A stretch of 64,000 nucleotides of DNA from Abditibacteriaceae bacterium (GTDB lineage Bacteria > Armatimonadota > Abditibacteriia > Abditibacteriales > Abditibacteriaceae), in assembly GCA_965277285.1 (NCBI GenBank), contig OZ255721.1:2432001-2496000 (forward strand), in the 5' to 3' direction. Below, piece after piece: positions 30,310-40,401 of this stretch (its first letter is position 1; the number at the start of each line of letters is the position of its first letter). Below the pieces are notes generated by a model, which did not search any database, had not been told where the DNA came from, and saw only the letters and a list, made by a program, of their open reading frames with translations. Position numbers and translations under genes: made by a program.

Positions 30310-31469
30310 TCGTTTTCCCAGCCGCGCGCAACAATTTCGGCGGGAGATAGGTTTTTGCTCATTTCCGCATTGAAAGACTTGAGACGCACAGGGCCACCAA
30401 TTTCACGTTCAAAAACCGTCGTGCGACTTGGCGCCAGTGCGTTGATGAACTCAGGATGATGAGAAATTAGAATGACCTGCCCGCCATGCTCTTCGAGGTG
30501 CTCCTGCAAAAGCATGAGCCAGGGTTGAAGTTCGCGCAAAGCGATATAGTTTTCTGGCTCATCAATAATCAACGTTGAATTTGAATCCAAAGTGCAGAAG
30601 AGCAGCGTGTACAGGGCAATAAGCGCCCGCTGCCCATCCGACAGTTCCTCAAATCCATACTTGACTGTTGCAGAGGAGTTGCGTTTAGACGCTACGCGAC
30701 AGACAACACGCAAGTCGCGGCGTCCAGCTTCAAAGTCTTCCTCAACTGCAAACGAATCAAAATCGGGAATAGCTTCGCGCAGATGAGGAATCATCTCGAA
30801 CATTTTCCCCTGCTTTTGCTGCAAAAGATAAAGATAGTAAGATGCAAAGTTGGAAAGGTCGTTGGCAGGGCGCGGCTCTACTTTTCCTACCTGAGAAGTT
30901 ATAGAAGCTGGATTAATCTTGAAGAAGTGAACTTCACCAAGTGTATTTCTAAGAAGTGGACTAGCGAACTTCATTGCCGATTGACTTGGGTCGGACAAAA
31001 TCACTTTAGAATCTGGCCGTAACATCTGCTTTAACACACGTGTTTGATTAGGGTGAAAGTCTGTTGGACTTTCTTCCGCGAAAGGATCGTAGTTGGGATT
31101 AGTTTCTTCTATATCTTCCCAAATAGTTTCTGTAATCACTTCACCATTTCGTCTAAGCGTCTCTTTTTCCACACGATTATTGTAGGAAAAAACGTTGGTC
31201 TCTAAGCGATATTGAAAAAGATAGTTGTCTATTTGATAGTCAACTTCAAATATCTGCGGAGGTTTGATGCTCCATCTTGTAATCGTGCTGAAGTCAAACA
31301 GTTCGCTCGTTTCCGTCTGTCCAGTTACGAAGCGGCGCACTTTGTCCAAAGCCTCAAAAACTGTCGTCTTCCCTGTGCCATTAGCGCCGACAATCAGCTC
31401 AAATTGCTTTGGCTTGTACTCAAAGTTTTGAAGGCATTTATAATTGTCAACGTAAAAGCGCGTAATCAT
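30306..31469 (-). CDS. AAA_21/ABC-type ATPase
   Basis: VDNYKCL, GANGTGKTT, LSDGQR, IDEPEN, ISHHPE. Confidence 0.88.
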   Translation of the reverse strand: MITRFYVDNYKCLQNFEYKPKQFELIVGANGTGKTTVFEALDKVRRFVTGQTETSELFDFSTITRWSIKPPQIFEVDYQIDNYLFQYRLETNVFSYNNRVEKETLRRNGEVITETIWEDIEETNPNYDPFAEESPTDFHPNQTRVLKQMLRPDSKVILSDPSQSAMKFASPLLRNTLGEVHFFKINPASITSQVGKVEPRPANDLSNFASYYLYLLQQKQGKMFEMIPHLREAIPDFDSFAVEEDFEAGRRDLRVVCRVASKRNSSATVKYGFEELSDGQRALIALYTLLFCTLDSNSTLIIDEPENYIALRELQPWLMLLQEHLEEHGGQVILISHHPEFINALAPSRTTVFEREIGGPVRLKSFNAEMSKNLSPAEIVARGWENE

Positions 31470-31657
31470 GTGGTAGATTTTAACTCAAGCCGAATCTCAA
31501 ATCATTAAGATTTGCGTGATGAATTTTACAGGTGTCCTTGCCACGTTGCGCGAGCAATCGAGGACTCGATGTTATCTCAACGCTTCAAAAACGCAAAGAA
31601 AGTCGGCGCCGATTATACTGTTCTCGCAATTATAAATAAAGGGCGGCGTCAAGCCTT

Positions 31658-33034
31658 TTGTTGAAGGAAAAAGTTATCGTTTCGTCTCATCGAGCGGTTC
31701 GCGCCCCGCGAATTGCACCCGGCCCCAAACCTTTTCAACTCGTTCAAAGCGCATTGCATTTCTGGAAAGAACCCGTCGATGCGTTGTTGCGCGACCGCGC
31801 CAAATATGGCGATATTGTGCGTTACCAAGCGGGCGGCAACGTCGTTCATTTGATTTGTCATCCCGATCATATCGAGCATGTTTTGCTGACCAACAACCGC
31901 AATTACCGCAAATATACGCCGCACGCTTTGCTGACACAGGAAATTGGGCAAGGATTGCTGCTCAACAACAGCGAATCGTGGATGTCGCAGCGCCGCCTGA
32001 TTCAACCATCGTTTCATGCCTCGCATTTCGAGCGTTTGTCCTCGAGTACTCGACATGCCACGGCGGACATGCTGCAACAATGGCAAGCCGATTATGGCGA
32101 CGGCGATCAGATCGATTTCGATGTCGAAATGTCGAAATTGGCGCGCCAAAGCGTCGGGCAAACCGTCGTTGGCGAAGACGTTCAGCACGAATTTCAAAAC
32201 GCTCTGGACACAGCGGGCGGCAAATTGGGATTGCTGCTGGGCAATTTCGGGCTGGAAAAGAAGAACCCGCGCTTTCGCCAGGCGGTTCGAGTGCTCGATA
32301 AGCGGGTTTACGGCGTCATCGCAGCACGCCGCAAAACCTTGCAGGAAAATCCTGACGCTGCGCCCGCCGACATTCTTTCGACCTTGATTTTGGCGCGCGA
32401 CAAAGACAGCGGCGAAGGCATGAACGACAAGCAACTGCGCGACGAATTAATCACCCTGCTGCTGGCTGGCTATGACACGACATCGCGCACTTTGACTTGG
32501 GTTTTTTATTCGCTGGCGCAGAATCCGGCGGTTGAACAACGTTTTCACCAGGAATTGAGCGAAGTTCTGGGTGGACGCGCGCCGGCGTATGAAGACTTGT
32601 CACAACTGAAATACACGTCGCTGGTCATTCAAGAAACGATGCGTTTGCTGCCGCCTAACCCAATCATTGCGCGCCAGGCTGTGGCCGACGACAACATCGG
32701 TGGTTTCCATATTAAGGCCGGTACGGTAATCGCGCTGAGTCAATATCTCACGCATCGCCACGAAGATCATTGGCATGACGCCGATAAGTTCGAGCCGGAG
32801 CGTTTTTCGCCCGAAGGCGCGCAAGGGCGCCATCGTTTCGCTTATTTTCCGTTTGGCGGCGGCCCGCGCCAGTGCATCGGCAAAGGCATGGCCATGATGA
32901 ACGTCTCACTTGCAATGGCCGCAATTGCACAAAAATATCAAATTCGACTCTTACCAAATAAAGCAGTCAAGTTCGGTATTGAAGTGACGCTGCAACCGCG
33001 CGATGGACTGCCCATGAGCTTACATTCGCGCTAA
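31658..33034 (+). CDS. Cytochrome P450
   Basis: AGYDTT, ETMR, PERF, FGGGPRQCIG heme motif. Confidence 0.96.
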   Translation: MLKEKVIVSSHRAVRAPRIAPGPKPFQLVQSALHFWKEPVDALLRDRAKYGDIVRYQAGGNVVHLICHPDHIEHVLLTNNRNYRKYTPHALLTQEIGQGLLLNNSESWMSQRRLIQPSFHASHFERLSSSTRHATADMLQQWQADYGDGDQIDFDVEMSKLARQSVGQTVVGEDVQHEFQNALDTAGGKLGLLLGNFGLEKKNPRFRQAVRVLDKRVYGVIAARRKTLQENPDAAPADILSTLILARDKDSGEGMNDKQLRDELITLLLAGYDTTSRTLTWVFYSLAQNPAVEQRFHQELSEVLGGRAPAYEDLSQLKYTSLVIQETMRLLPPNPIIARQAVADDNIGGFHIKAGTVIALSQYLTHRHEDHWHDADKFEPERFSPEGAQGRHRFAYFPFGGGPRQCIGKGMAMMNVSLAMAAIAQKYQIRLLPNKAVKFGIEVTLQPRDGLPMSLHSR

Positions 33035-33048
33035 GTTCGTTAACCGTT

Positions 33049-33086
33049 CACAGAACGCCTATCGAGTACTCGATAGGCGTTCTGTG
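33049..33086. terminator. Perfect 38-bp palindrome centred on TCGAGTACTCGA between convergent genes
   Basis: CACAGAACGCCTATCGAGTACTCGATAGGCGTTCTGTG. Confidence 0.6.
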
Positions 33087-33105
33087 CGTTTGCGGTTCAG
33101 CCAGA

Positions 33106-33504
33106 CTAAGCGGAAAGCTGCGGTTTTTTCGGGTGCGACAAAGGCCAATGCCAGACAAAATAAGCGGCTATTGCGCCCGTGGAAAAAGCCACGACATCCC
33201 ACGGATCGGCGGCGCCGCGATGCAAGAAATGCGGCGCGAACCACTTGAAAAACAGCGACCAAAAAACGAGATGAAAGCCGACTTCACCGATTGTCGGCGG
33301 CAAGTCGTGAAGCCTCAATTTCAATTGGCGTTGAATCCATAACAAAGGCGGCAAGGCGCACGGAATGGTGAAACAATCGTTGAAGTGCCAGAAGAAAAAG
33401 CGCGGCGCGTGCACGAAATGCGCTTTTACCACGTATTGATTGATCAAAAACGCGGCGCACGAAACGAGAAATAAGGGATCGCGCCAATAACGAAAACGGC
33501 TCAT
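33106..33504 (-). CDS. Hypothetical membrane protein
   Basis: DPLFL, HFNDCF.IP, ADPWDV; hydrophobic. Confidence 0.7.
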   Translation of the reverse strand: MSRFRYWRDPLFLVSCAAFLINQYVVKAHFVHAPRFFFWHFNDCFTIPCALPPLLWIQRQLKLRLHDLPPTIGEVGFHLVFWSLFFKWFAPHFLHRGAADPWDVVAFSTGAIAAYFVWHWPLSHPKKPQLSA

Positions 33505-33595
33505 AAAAGTATTGTAGGTTCAGAATGTGTGGAGAAAGTGGACGAAACGCCACGACACTAAGAATTTGTGGCAGTGGCTCGATGCGCGAGTTGCT

Positions 33596-33684
33596 TAACG
33601 AACCCTGAGCGTGAGCGACGGGCTGACATAACAACCCAATGTACTTGTCAAGTTTCGCCCGTCGCTCACGCTCAGGGTTCGTTA
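33596..33684. repeat. REP-like inverted repeat TAACGAACCCTGAGCGTGAGCGACGGGC / complement
   Basis: Perfect 28-bp arms. Confidence 0.8.
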
Positions 33685-33969
33685 GGTGCCTGTCAGTGCG
33701 AAACTGTCCGCAAACTTCACCAATGAAGCCACCACTTTGTCGTTCTGACTGGTGGTTTCGTGGTGTTTTGCCTACTTTCTCTGCACATTTAACTGCGCGC
33801 AAAATGGGTTTTCTGAGACATTGAAGGCGGTATGCAGAAAATTCCTATTTCGAGTACTCGATTGCAGCCAAAAGAGTTCAGCTCAGCATCAACATGACGC
33901 CAGCGCCGGCCAGCGCAATCGCGCCTTTGGCGAGGGTTTGCCAGTTCAAATACTTCTTCAAATGCAGTT

Positions 33970-35892
33970 TCATCGTTTGTCCTTATGAATTTCGCGGCGA
34001 AGTTTTCGTCGCAGATGTTTGGGATGTTTCAAGCGAATCGTGCGCGCCGATTCATGGTTTTCGCGCAGGCGCCTTCCGTGCGCTGACAACAAATCGCCGC
34101 GCGTCAGAATACCAACAATTTTTTCCGGCTCATTGCGCGCAACGCACAGCACGCGCCCAACGCCTTCGCGCGTCATCACGTCCGCCGCCTGGCGCAACGA
34201 GTTGTCATCGTAAACGCAGATTGGCGCGCGCTTCACCAATTCGCGGACGCGTCGCGCGTCGCTTTCGTGAGGATTGAGCAAATCACGGCGCGTTACAACA
34301 CCAATTGTGTCGTTATTCTCATCAATTACGGGAAAACCTTGATGATGCGATTGCACATTCCCTGACGACAACCAATCGCGCACTTCTTTTAACGTGTCAG
34401 AAGCCGCCAGCGTCACCAAATTTTTCGACGCAATTTCGCCCGCGCGAATTTGTTCCAGCGGATCAATCGAGTACTCGGAAGGCGCGCGCGTGCCTCGTCG
34501 CTCGATTTTTTCAGTCATAATCGTGTTGCGCATCAACAAGCACGACACCAAATAAGCCGCCGTGCAACCGCCCAAAAGCGGCAGCAAAGCCATCGGTTGT
34601 TGCGTCGTTTCAAAGGCGAATACGACCGAAGTCAGCAAAGCGCGCGAAGCTCCCGCAAAAATCGCCGCCATGCCGACCAATGCCGCAACGCGTGCATCAA
34701 TGCCGAACTGTGGGAACAGCATCGCCGCCCAACCGCCCAGAAACGAACCCAGTCCGCCGCCAATAGTAAACAAAGGCGCCAGCGTTCCGCCCGAAGTGCC
34801 GCTACCCAGCGCAATCGACCACGAAATCAGCTTCATCACGCACAAAAACAAGACGGCGCGCCCGACTAATTCGCCGTTCACCATTTGCTCGATGTTGTTG
34901 TAGCCAATGCCCAAAGTGCGCGGCGCGAACAATCCGATGACGCCGACCACAACGCCGCCAATCGCTGGCCACCACATCCAATGAATCGGCAAATGCTCGA
35001 ACGCATCTTCCACCGCATACGCCCACTTAGTGACGCCGACCGCGAACAATCCCATCAAAGCGCCCAGCACGACATAAAACACCAATCCAGTACTCGAAAT
35101 CGGATGCAAAGTCGGCATCGCAAAAACAGGTTTAGTGCCGACCAACAAGGCGCGCATTCCCGCCGCCGTCACCGACGCCAAAGCCACAGGAATCACCGAA
35201 CGCGCGCGAAACTCGAACAACAACAATTCAATCGCCAGAATAACTGCGGAAACCGGCGAGCCGAAAATCGCGCTCATGCCCGCCGCCGCGCCCGCCGCCA
35301 GTAAAATCTTGCGCTCGGTCGCCGTCGTGTGCAAAAGTTGCCCGACCAGCGAACCCATCGCGCCGCCAGTTGCGATAATCGGCCCTTCGGCGCCAAAAGG
35401 CCCACCCGTTCCAATCGCAATCGCCGACGCCACAGGCTTCAAAATCGTCAGGCGCGGCGCGATGCGGCTTTCGTTGGTCAGCACCTGCTCCATCGCTTCG
35501 GGAATGCCGTGACCGCGAATCGCGCGCGAACCATAACGCGCCATGATTCCCACCACAATTCCGCCCGCCGCAGGAACCAAAACTGCCCACAAACCCAAAT
35601 GGTTTTGCGCGGGCGAAGCGAAAGACGTGGAAAAACGACCGTAGTAAGCCGCGTTCGTCACCAAACCGATCAAAGCCGTCAAAGCCTGCGCTACCAATGC
35701 CGCCGCGACAGCAACGCCAATCGCCAGCGCGCTCAAAAACAAAACGCGCCCATCCACCAGCGCCGTTTCAGACGGCAAATGCGAATCTCCTAACCCGTCG
35801 CGCAACGAAAACGTAATCCGCTGTCCGCGACTTTCCGCGCCTTGTTCAACAACCTTCACGTCGCCCATTTTGCCGCTCGCTGTCCCATTCAC
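33970..35892 (-). CDS. ClC chloride channel/antiporter with CBS domains
   Basis: GHGIPE, GAEGP, GTSGG, C-terminal CBS pair. Confidence 0.92.
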   Translation of the reverse strand: MNGTASGKMGDVKVVEQGAESRGQRITFSLRDGLGDSHLPSETALVDGRVLFLSALAIGVAVAAALVAQALTALIGLVTNAAYYGRFSTSFASPAQNHLGLWAVLVPAAGGIVVGIMARYGSRAIRGHGIPEAMEQVLTNESRIAPRLTILKPVASAIAIGTGGPFGAEGPIIATGGAMGSLVGQLLHTTATERKILLAAGAAAGMSAIFGSPVSAVILAIELLLFEFRARSVIPVALASVTAAGMRALLVGTKPVFAMPTLHPISSTGLVFYVVLGALMGLFAVGVTKWAYAVEDAFEHLPIHWMWWPAIGGVVVGVIGLFAPRTLGIGYNNIEQMVNGELVGRAVLFLCVMKLISWSIALGSGTSGGTLAPLFTIGGGLGSFLGGWAAMLFPQFGIDARVAALVGMAAIFAGASRALLTSVVFAFETTQQPMALLPLLGGCTAAYLVSCLLMRNTIMTEKIERRGTRAPSEYSIDPLEQIRAGEIASKNLVTLAASDTLKEVRDWLSSGNVQSHHQGFPVIDENNDTIGVVTRRDLLNPHESDARRVRELVKRAPICVYDDNSLRQAADVMTREGVGRVLCVARNEPEKIVGILTRGDLLSAHGRRLRENHESARTIRLKHPKHLRRKLRREIHKDKR

Positions 35893-36026
35893 ATAATTCG
35901 CAAAAAACCACGCTCAAGCTAAACTTGGATCGCAACACGCCGCCAATCGAGTACTCGATTGCGCCAAACCTCAATTTATTATATCGTGTTGCGATACAAA
36001 TACAAGGCGTGAGAACTGGAAAAGCC

Positions 36027-36470
36027 ATGAAAAAGGGGAAGTCGCTGAGCAAAAAGGATTACGAAGCGTTGGCGAGTTTTCGTCGCGCGTTGCGCAAGTT
36101 TTTGCATTTTGCGGAAGAGAGTGCGCGAACGGCGGGCTTGACGGCGCAGCAGCATCAGCTTTTGCTGGCGATAAAAGGGCAAAGCGGGCGCGATTGGGCG
36201 AGCGTTTCCGAATTGGCGCACGCTCTTTTGCTGAGCCATCACGCGGCAGTCGGCCTGGTGGATCGCTGTGAAAAAGCCAGTTTGGTGCGGCGCGAAAGCG
36301 ATCTCATAGATCGTCGCCAGGTTCGTGTCTCCTTGACGGAATCGGGCGAAAACGTTTTGGCGAGTTTGTCAGAGCGCAACCGCGATGAACTGCGCGCGTT
36401 GCGTCAAGCACTCGATTTGTCGTTTTTGGAAAGCGTGACGCAAGCGCAAGAAGAAGCGCAAACGAAATGA
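36027..36470 (+). CDS. MarR family regulator, divergent from the ClC gene
   Basis: GLTAQQHQLLL, LVDR, DRRQVRVSLTESG. Confidence 0.88.
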   Translation: MKKGKSLSKKDYEALASFRRALRKFLHFAEESARTAGLTAQQHQLLLAIKGQSGRDWASVSELAHALLLSHHAAVGLVDRCEKASLVRRESDLIDRRQVRVSLTESGENVLASLSERNRDELRALRQALDLSFLESVTQAQEEAQTK

Positions 36471-36542
36471 TGTTGGTGCGTTCCGGTTCGTTTTCTGTGC
36501 ATAAACGGATGTTCGAGTACTCGCAATAACAATTTTCAGGTA

Positions 36543-36583
36543 CAAAAAAGTGCCGCCGATAAATAAAATCGGCGGCACTTTTG
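36543..36583. terminator. Bidirectional intrinsic terminator
   Basis: aaaagtgccgccgat-aaataaa-atcggcggcactttt. Confidence 0.8.
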
Positions 36584-36614
36584 GTTGAACGACAAGGAAC
36601 TGCAATGGCGACGA

Positions 36615-37526
36615 TTAGATATTGCGGCGCGCGTTAATGTCGGTTGTGGTTGTCGCTGTGGAGTCGTCAATGTCGACGCGTTCTTTGCGCACGGTGTCAC
36701 TGACAGTCTGCTGTTCGGTGGTGCGCGTCTTGCCGATTTCGATTTCTTCGACAACGTGCGGTGTCTTGGTCACGGTGACTGTTTCTTCCATCACGGGAAC
36801 GCGCAAAACTTCGTCGCCGCCCAAAGTTGTTTCGCCAGGAGCGAGGTCACGGTCAACGGCGTGACGCGTCACGACAACTTCTTCACGCGAGACTTCAACC
36901 GGAATGTTGACTTGTTCGGTCACAACTTCTTTGTGAACTTGCACTTCGCCGGCTTGGTGCGCCTGCTTTTCTACGTTGAGCTGTTCTTCCATCACGGGAA
37001 CGCGAATCGTGTCGCGGTCGGTGAGGTCAGTTGTCGCACGAGCATTCAAATCTTCGTTGAGGTTGGTGTTCATGGTAGTTCTCGCGTTCGGCGTTCCAGC
37101 GTCCAAAGCCGCGATATCGTTTCCGAGGCCTGTAGTTGCGTAGTCATGGCGTGTCGTGTCAGTTGTTCCCAGAATGCGTTCAGCTGTGGAAGGCTGATTC
37201 GCGTACTCGTTGTTCACGTATTCGGTGTTGGTTGTACTTCCAACGGCGGGAGTTACGCCGTCGCCGACGCCCGAAACGGTGTTGTCATTGTCGACGGCAT
37301 CGACGGCTGCGACGCCTGCACCACTGGCAAGTGCGCCAGCGACTGCGCCAATGACAGCGCCAATTGGTCCACCGGCCAGCGCGCCGACAGCAGCTCCGCC
37401 CAAACCGCCCAGCAAAGCGCCTTTTCCGGCATCGCCATGCGGATTGTCGTCAATTCCATGTTGCACGCCGTCGCCTTGAACGCCAGCGTTTTGAACGTTA
37501 TCACGTTCGATATTGTCGTTAGTCAT
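36615..37526 (-). CDS. YsnF/AvaK (DUF2382) domain protein with glycine zipper
   Basis: IRVPVMEEQLNVEK, REEV, VVEEIEIGK, VRKERVD. Confidence 0.88.
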   Translation of the reverse strand: MTNDNIERDNVQNAGVQGDGVQHGIDDNPHGDAGKGALLGGLGGAAVGALAGGPIGAVIGAVAGALASGAGVAAVDAVDNDNTVSGVGDGVTPAVGSTTNTEYVNNEYANQPSTAERILGTTDTTRHDYATTGLGNDIAALDAGTPNARTTMNTNLNEDLNARATTDLTDRDTIRVPVMEEQLNVEKQAHQAGEVQVHKEVVTEQVNIPVEVSREEVVVTRHAVDRDLAPGETTLGGDEVLRVPVMEETVTVTKTPHVVEEIEIGKTRTTEQQTVSDTVRKERVDIDDSTATTTTDINARRNI

Positions 37527-37654
37527 TTTCCCAACTCCTGTGTTGTGCTGCGCGAACGTTTAATTAGTTCGCCGTCAAACGCGAGAGTTTGCAAGTGCCA
37601 AGCCAAGAGATGGTTAAACTGGGTTTTTACGGTATTAAAGTTCGAGACTTTTTT

Positions 37655-38575
37655 ATGAACCACAACCAACGCTTCGATATTTTAGGTTTGGGATGTTGCA
37701 CCGTCGATGATTTGCTTTATATCGAAGCGTTTCCCGCGCCTGATTCCAAAGTTCGAGTACTCGAACGCGTTCGCAGCAGCGGTGGTTTAACCGCTTCGGC
37801 TTTGGTCGCTGCGTCGCGTCTGGGCGCGCATTGCGCTTATGCCGCACAGTTGGGATTTGATGATCTGTCAAACTTTGTCGCCCAAAGTTTGCAGCGCGAA
37901 AACGTTGATTTATCGCACATCGCCTGGAATGAACACGCTCAACCAATTCATTCGACAATCCTCGTTGATACGACGGCTCACACGCGCACCATTTTATGGA
38001 GCAAAAACGGCGCGACCGGCGCGCACGACGCACTTCCAGATGAAGAAGTTATTGGTTCGTGCCGCGTGCTTTTCCTCGATCATTACGGAACGACAGGCAG
38101 CATTCGCGCGGCGAAAATCGCGCGACAAAATCAAATTCCCGTCGTCGCCGATCTAGAACGCGACAACGTTCCACGGTTCGGCGAATTATTAGCATTCGTC
38201 GATCATTTAATAATTTCCCAACGTTTCGCGCTTCATTTGACGAAAACCAATTCGCCGCAAAACGCCATTCGAGTACTCGTTTCCGGTCGTCAAGCGGTTG
38301 TTGTGACGTGCGGCGAAAACGGCTGCTGGTTCGCCTCATGCGAAGATCAAACGCCGCGCTATTCTCCGGCTTTCGCGGTAAAAACCCTTGATTCAACAGG
38401 TTGCGGCGACATTTTTCACGGCGCGTATGCGTGTGAACTGGCGCGCGGCGAAAGATTAGAAAGTCGCGTGCGTTTCGCAGCGGCTGCGGCAGCCATCAAA
38501 GCGACGCGGCGCGGCGTGCAAAGCGGCGCACCAACGCGATTAGAAGTCGAAGCGTTTTTGGAAGAGCGAGTTTGA
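37655..38575 (+). CDS. PfkB family carbohydrate kinase
   Basis: GG..A.A.VAASRLG, VVTCGENG, DSTGCGDIFHGA. Confidence 0.92.
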   Translation: MNHNQRFDILGLGCCTVDDLLYIEAFPAPDSKVRVLERVRSSGGLTASALVAASRLGAHCAYAAQLGFDDLSNFVAQSLQRENVDLSHIAWNEHAQPIHSTILVDTTAHTRTILWSKNGATGAHDALPDEEVIGSCRVLFLDHYGTTGSIRAAKIARQNQIPVVADLERDNVPRFGELLAFVDHLIISQRFALHLTKTNSPQNAIRVLVSGRQAVVVTCGENGCWFASCEDQTPRYSPAFAVKTLDSTGCGDIFHGAYACELARGERLESRVRFAAAAAAIKATRRGVQSGAPTRLEVEAFLEERV

Positions 38576-38647
38576 ACGTCAGATGTTGAACCTCAGATAA
38601 CGAGTACTCGAAACCAAGACGTTCTCTGCTCACTTCAATCGGTTAAA

Positions 38648-39319
38648 ATGGGACGCATGAGTTTTTTGCACAACTTGCTGAATCCACAAACGCTGGCCAA
38701 CGGCGGCTATGCTTTGTTATTTTTGATTGTCTTTGCCGAAACCGGCCTTTTAATCGGCTTTTTTCTGCCTGGCGATTCGTTGTTGTTTGTGGCCGGTGCT
38801 CTGGCGGCTGTTTCCGCGACCAGTCATTTGAACATCGCCGTGCTTATTCCTTTGCTGTCTGTCGCGGCCATTTCCGGCGACGCCGTGGGTTATCTGATCG
38901 GGCGCAAGTTGGGGCCAGCGTTGTTTTCGCGCGAAGATTCAAAGTTGTTCAAGCGCGCGCATCTGCTAAAAACGCAAGCGTTCTACGAAAAGCACGGCCC
39001 AAAAACCATCGTTATGGCGCGTTTTGTGCCGATTGTGCGCACCTTTGCGCCAACTGTTGCGGGCGCGGCTGAAATGGATTACAAAACTTTCGTCACGTAT
39101 AACGCTCTGGGCGGTATCGGCTGGGTTACGCTGTCGTGCTTGCTCGGCTATTTTCTGGGCAACATTCCAATCGTCAAAAACAATTTCGAGAAAGCTGTCA
39201 TTGGAATTGTGCTGCTTTCCTTGCTGCCGATTTTCATTCACTGGCTGCAAGAACGTAAATCGAAAAACAGCGAAAACGCCGCTTTGAACGCGACAACTAC
39301 GGTCGCTGAAGAAAAATGA
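38648..39319 (+). CDS. DedA family membrane protein
   Basis: FAETGLLIGFFLPGDSLLF, ARFVPIVRTF. Confidence 0.93.
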   Translation: MGRMSFLHNLLNPQTLANGGYALLFLIVFAETGLLIGFFLPGDSLLFVAGALAAVSATSHLNIAVLIPLLSVAAISGDAVGYLIGRKLGPALFSREDSKLFKRAHLLKTQAFYEKHGPKTIVMARFVPIVRTFAPTVAGAAEMDYKTFVTYNALGGIGWVTLSCLLGYFLGNIPIVKNNFEKAVIGIVLLSLLPIFIHWLQERKSKNSENAALNATTTVAEEK

Positions 39320-39331
39320 GTTGACTTTGAG

Positions 39332-39360
39332 TTGCACTCGCAGCGGCTGGCCGCTATAAT
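39332..39360 (+). promoter_or_regulatory. Sigma70-type promoter
   Basis: TTGCAC-N17-TATAAT. Confidence 0.65.
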
Positions 39361-39472
39361 GAACGGTCGCGGCTGCGCCGATTCACTATTTTGAGGATTC
39401 AATTCGAGTACTCGAAATATGGGCGCGCCCTCGTTTTATCTTTAATTCCCACGGTTTGATGAAGGAGACGTT

Positions 39473-39571
39473 TTGAGTTCCGATAAGAAAAAGCACAAGC
39501 GCAAAGTCAAGACACACTGGGCCAAAAAGCGCCGCCGCGCCCAGAAAGCCCAACGTCGTCGCGGACGGTAA
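39473..39571 (+). CDS. 32-aa basic protein, bS22/AURKAIP1-COX24-like (not in the ORF track)
   Basis: AAGGAG SD, TTG start; MSSDKKKHKRKVKTHWAKKRRRAQKAQRRRGR. Confidence 0.65.
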   Translation: MSSDKKKHKRKVKTHWAKKRRRAQKAQRRRGR

Positions 39572-39576
39572 GCAGT

Positions 39577-39685
39577 AATGATGAGTGATGAAGACGGAAC
39601 GATGAATTAAAAAGCCGAACTCGAACACCACAGTTGGAGTTTCGAGTACTCGATATTCATCATTCCGTATTCATCACTCATCATT
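39577..39685. repeat. Inverted repeat of short GATGA-type units with the 12-bp palindrome in the loop
   Basis: aatgatgagtgatgaa...ttcatcactcatcatt. Confidence 0.6.
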
Positions 39686-39690
39686 TTTAT

Positions 39691-40401
39691 ATGCCTTTAT
39701 TTGTTTGCGCGACACCGCTTGGCAACCTCGAAGACGTTTCGTTGCGCTTGCTGGCGACGTTGCGCGAGGCGGATTTGATCGTGGCCGAAGATACGCGCCA
39801 CACGCAGCGTTTGCTGGCGCGCCACGACATCCATACGCCTCTCGCGTCGTGCCACGCGCACACGCATCCCGCAAAAATCCAATCCCTGGCCGACAAACTT
39901 GTCGAAGGCCAAACGCTGGCACTCGTCACCGATGCGGGAACACCCGGCATTTCCGATCCCGGGCCGCCGCTTGTTCTCGCCGCCGCCGCGCGTGGCATTT
40001 CGGTGCAGCCGATTCCTGGCCCATGCGCGCTCGTTGCCGCACTTTCGGTTTCCGGTTTCGACGCGCAACGTTTTTCCTTTGTCGGATTTTTGCCACGCAA
40101 ACCTGGCAAGCGCCGCAAGGCTCTGCAGGAATCTCTTGCACGTAACGAAACCGTCGTGCTGTACGAATCGCCGTATCGCGTACTCGATGTGCTGGATGAC
40201 ATCGCGGGTTTCGCACCGACGGCGCCCGTTGTCGTGTGCCGCGAACTGACCAAAAAGTTCGAGGAAACCTTGCGCGGAAACTCCCTTGAATGCGCCGCAC
40301 AATTGCGCAATCGCAAAGAAGTTTTAGGCGAATTCGTCGTTGTTATTGGTTCGACAACACTTGTCGCAAACCCCGAAATAGATTCTGAAGGAATAACGTA
40401 A
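39691..40401 (+). CDS. rsmI: 16S rRNA C1402 2'-O-methyltransferase
   Basis: ATPLGNLEDVS, AEDTR, DAGTPGISDPG, YESPYR, RELTKKFEE. Confidence 0.95.
   Translation: MPLFVCATPLGNLEDVSLRLLATLREADLIVAEDTRHTQRLLARHDIHTPLASCHAHTHPAKIQSLADKLVEGQTLALVTDAGTPGISDPGPPLVLAAAARGISVQPIPGPCALVAALSVSGFDAQRFSFVGFLPRKPGKRRKALQESLARNETVVLYESPYRVLDVLDDIAGFAPTAPVVVCRELTKKFEETLRGNSLECAAQLRNRKEVLGEFVVVIGSTTLVANPEIDSEGIT

Noticed and set aside
36585..37658. 357-aa plus-strand ORF
   Set aside because: Shadow of the minus-strand YsnF/AvaK gene, which has clear family motifs
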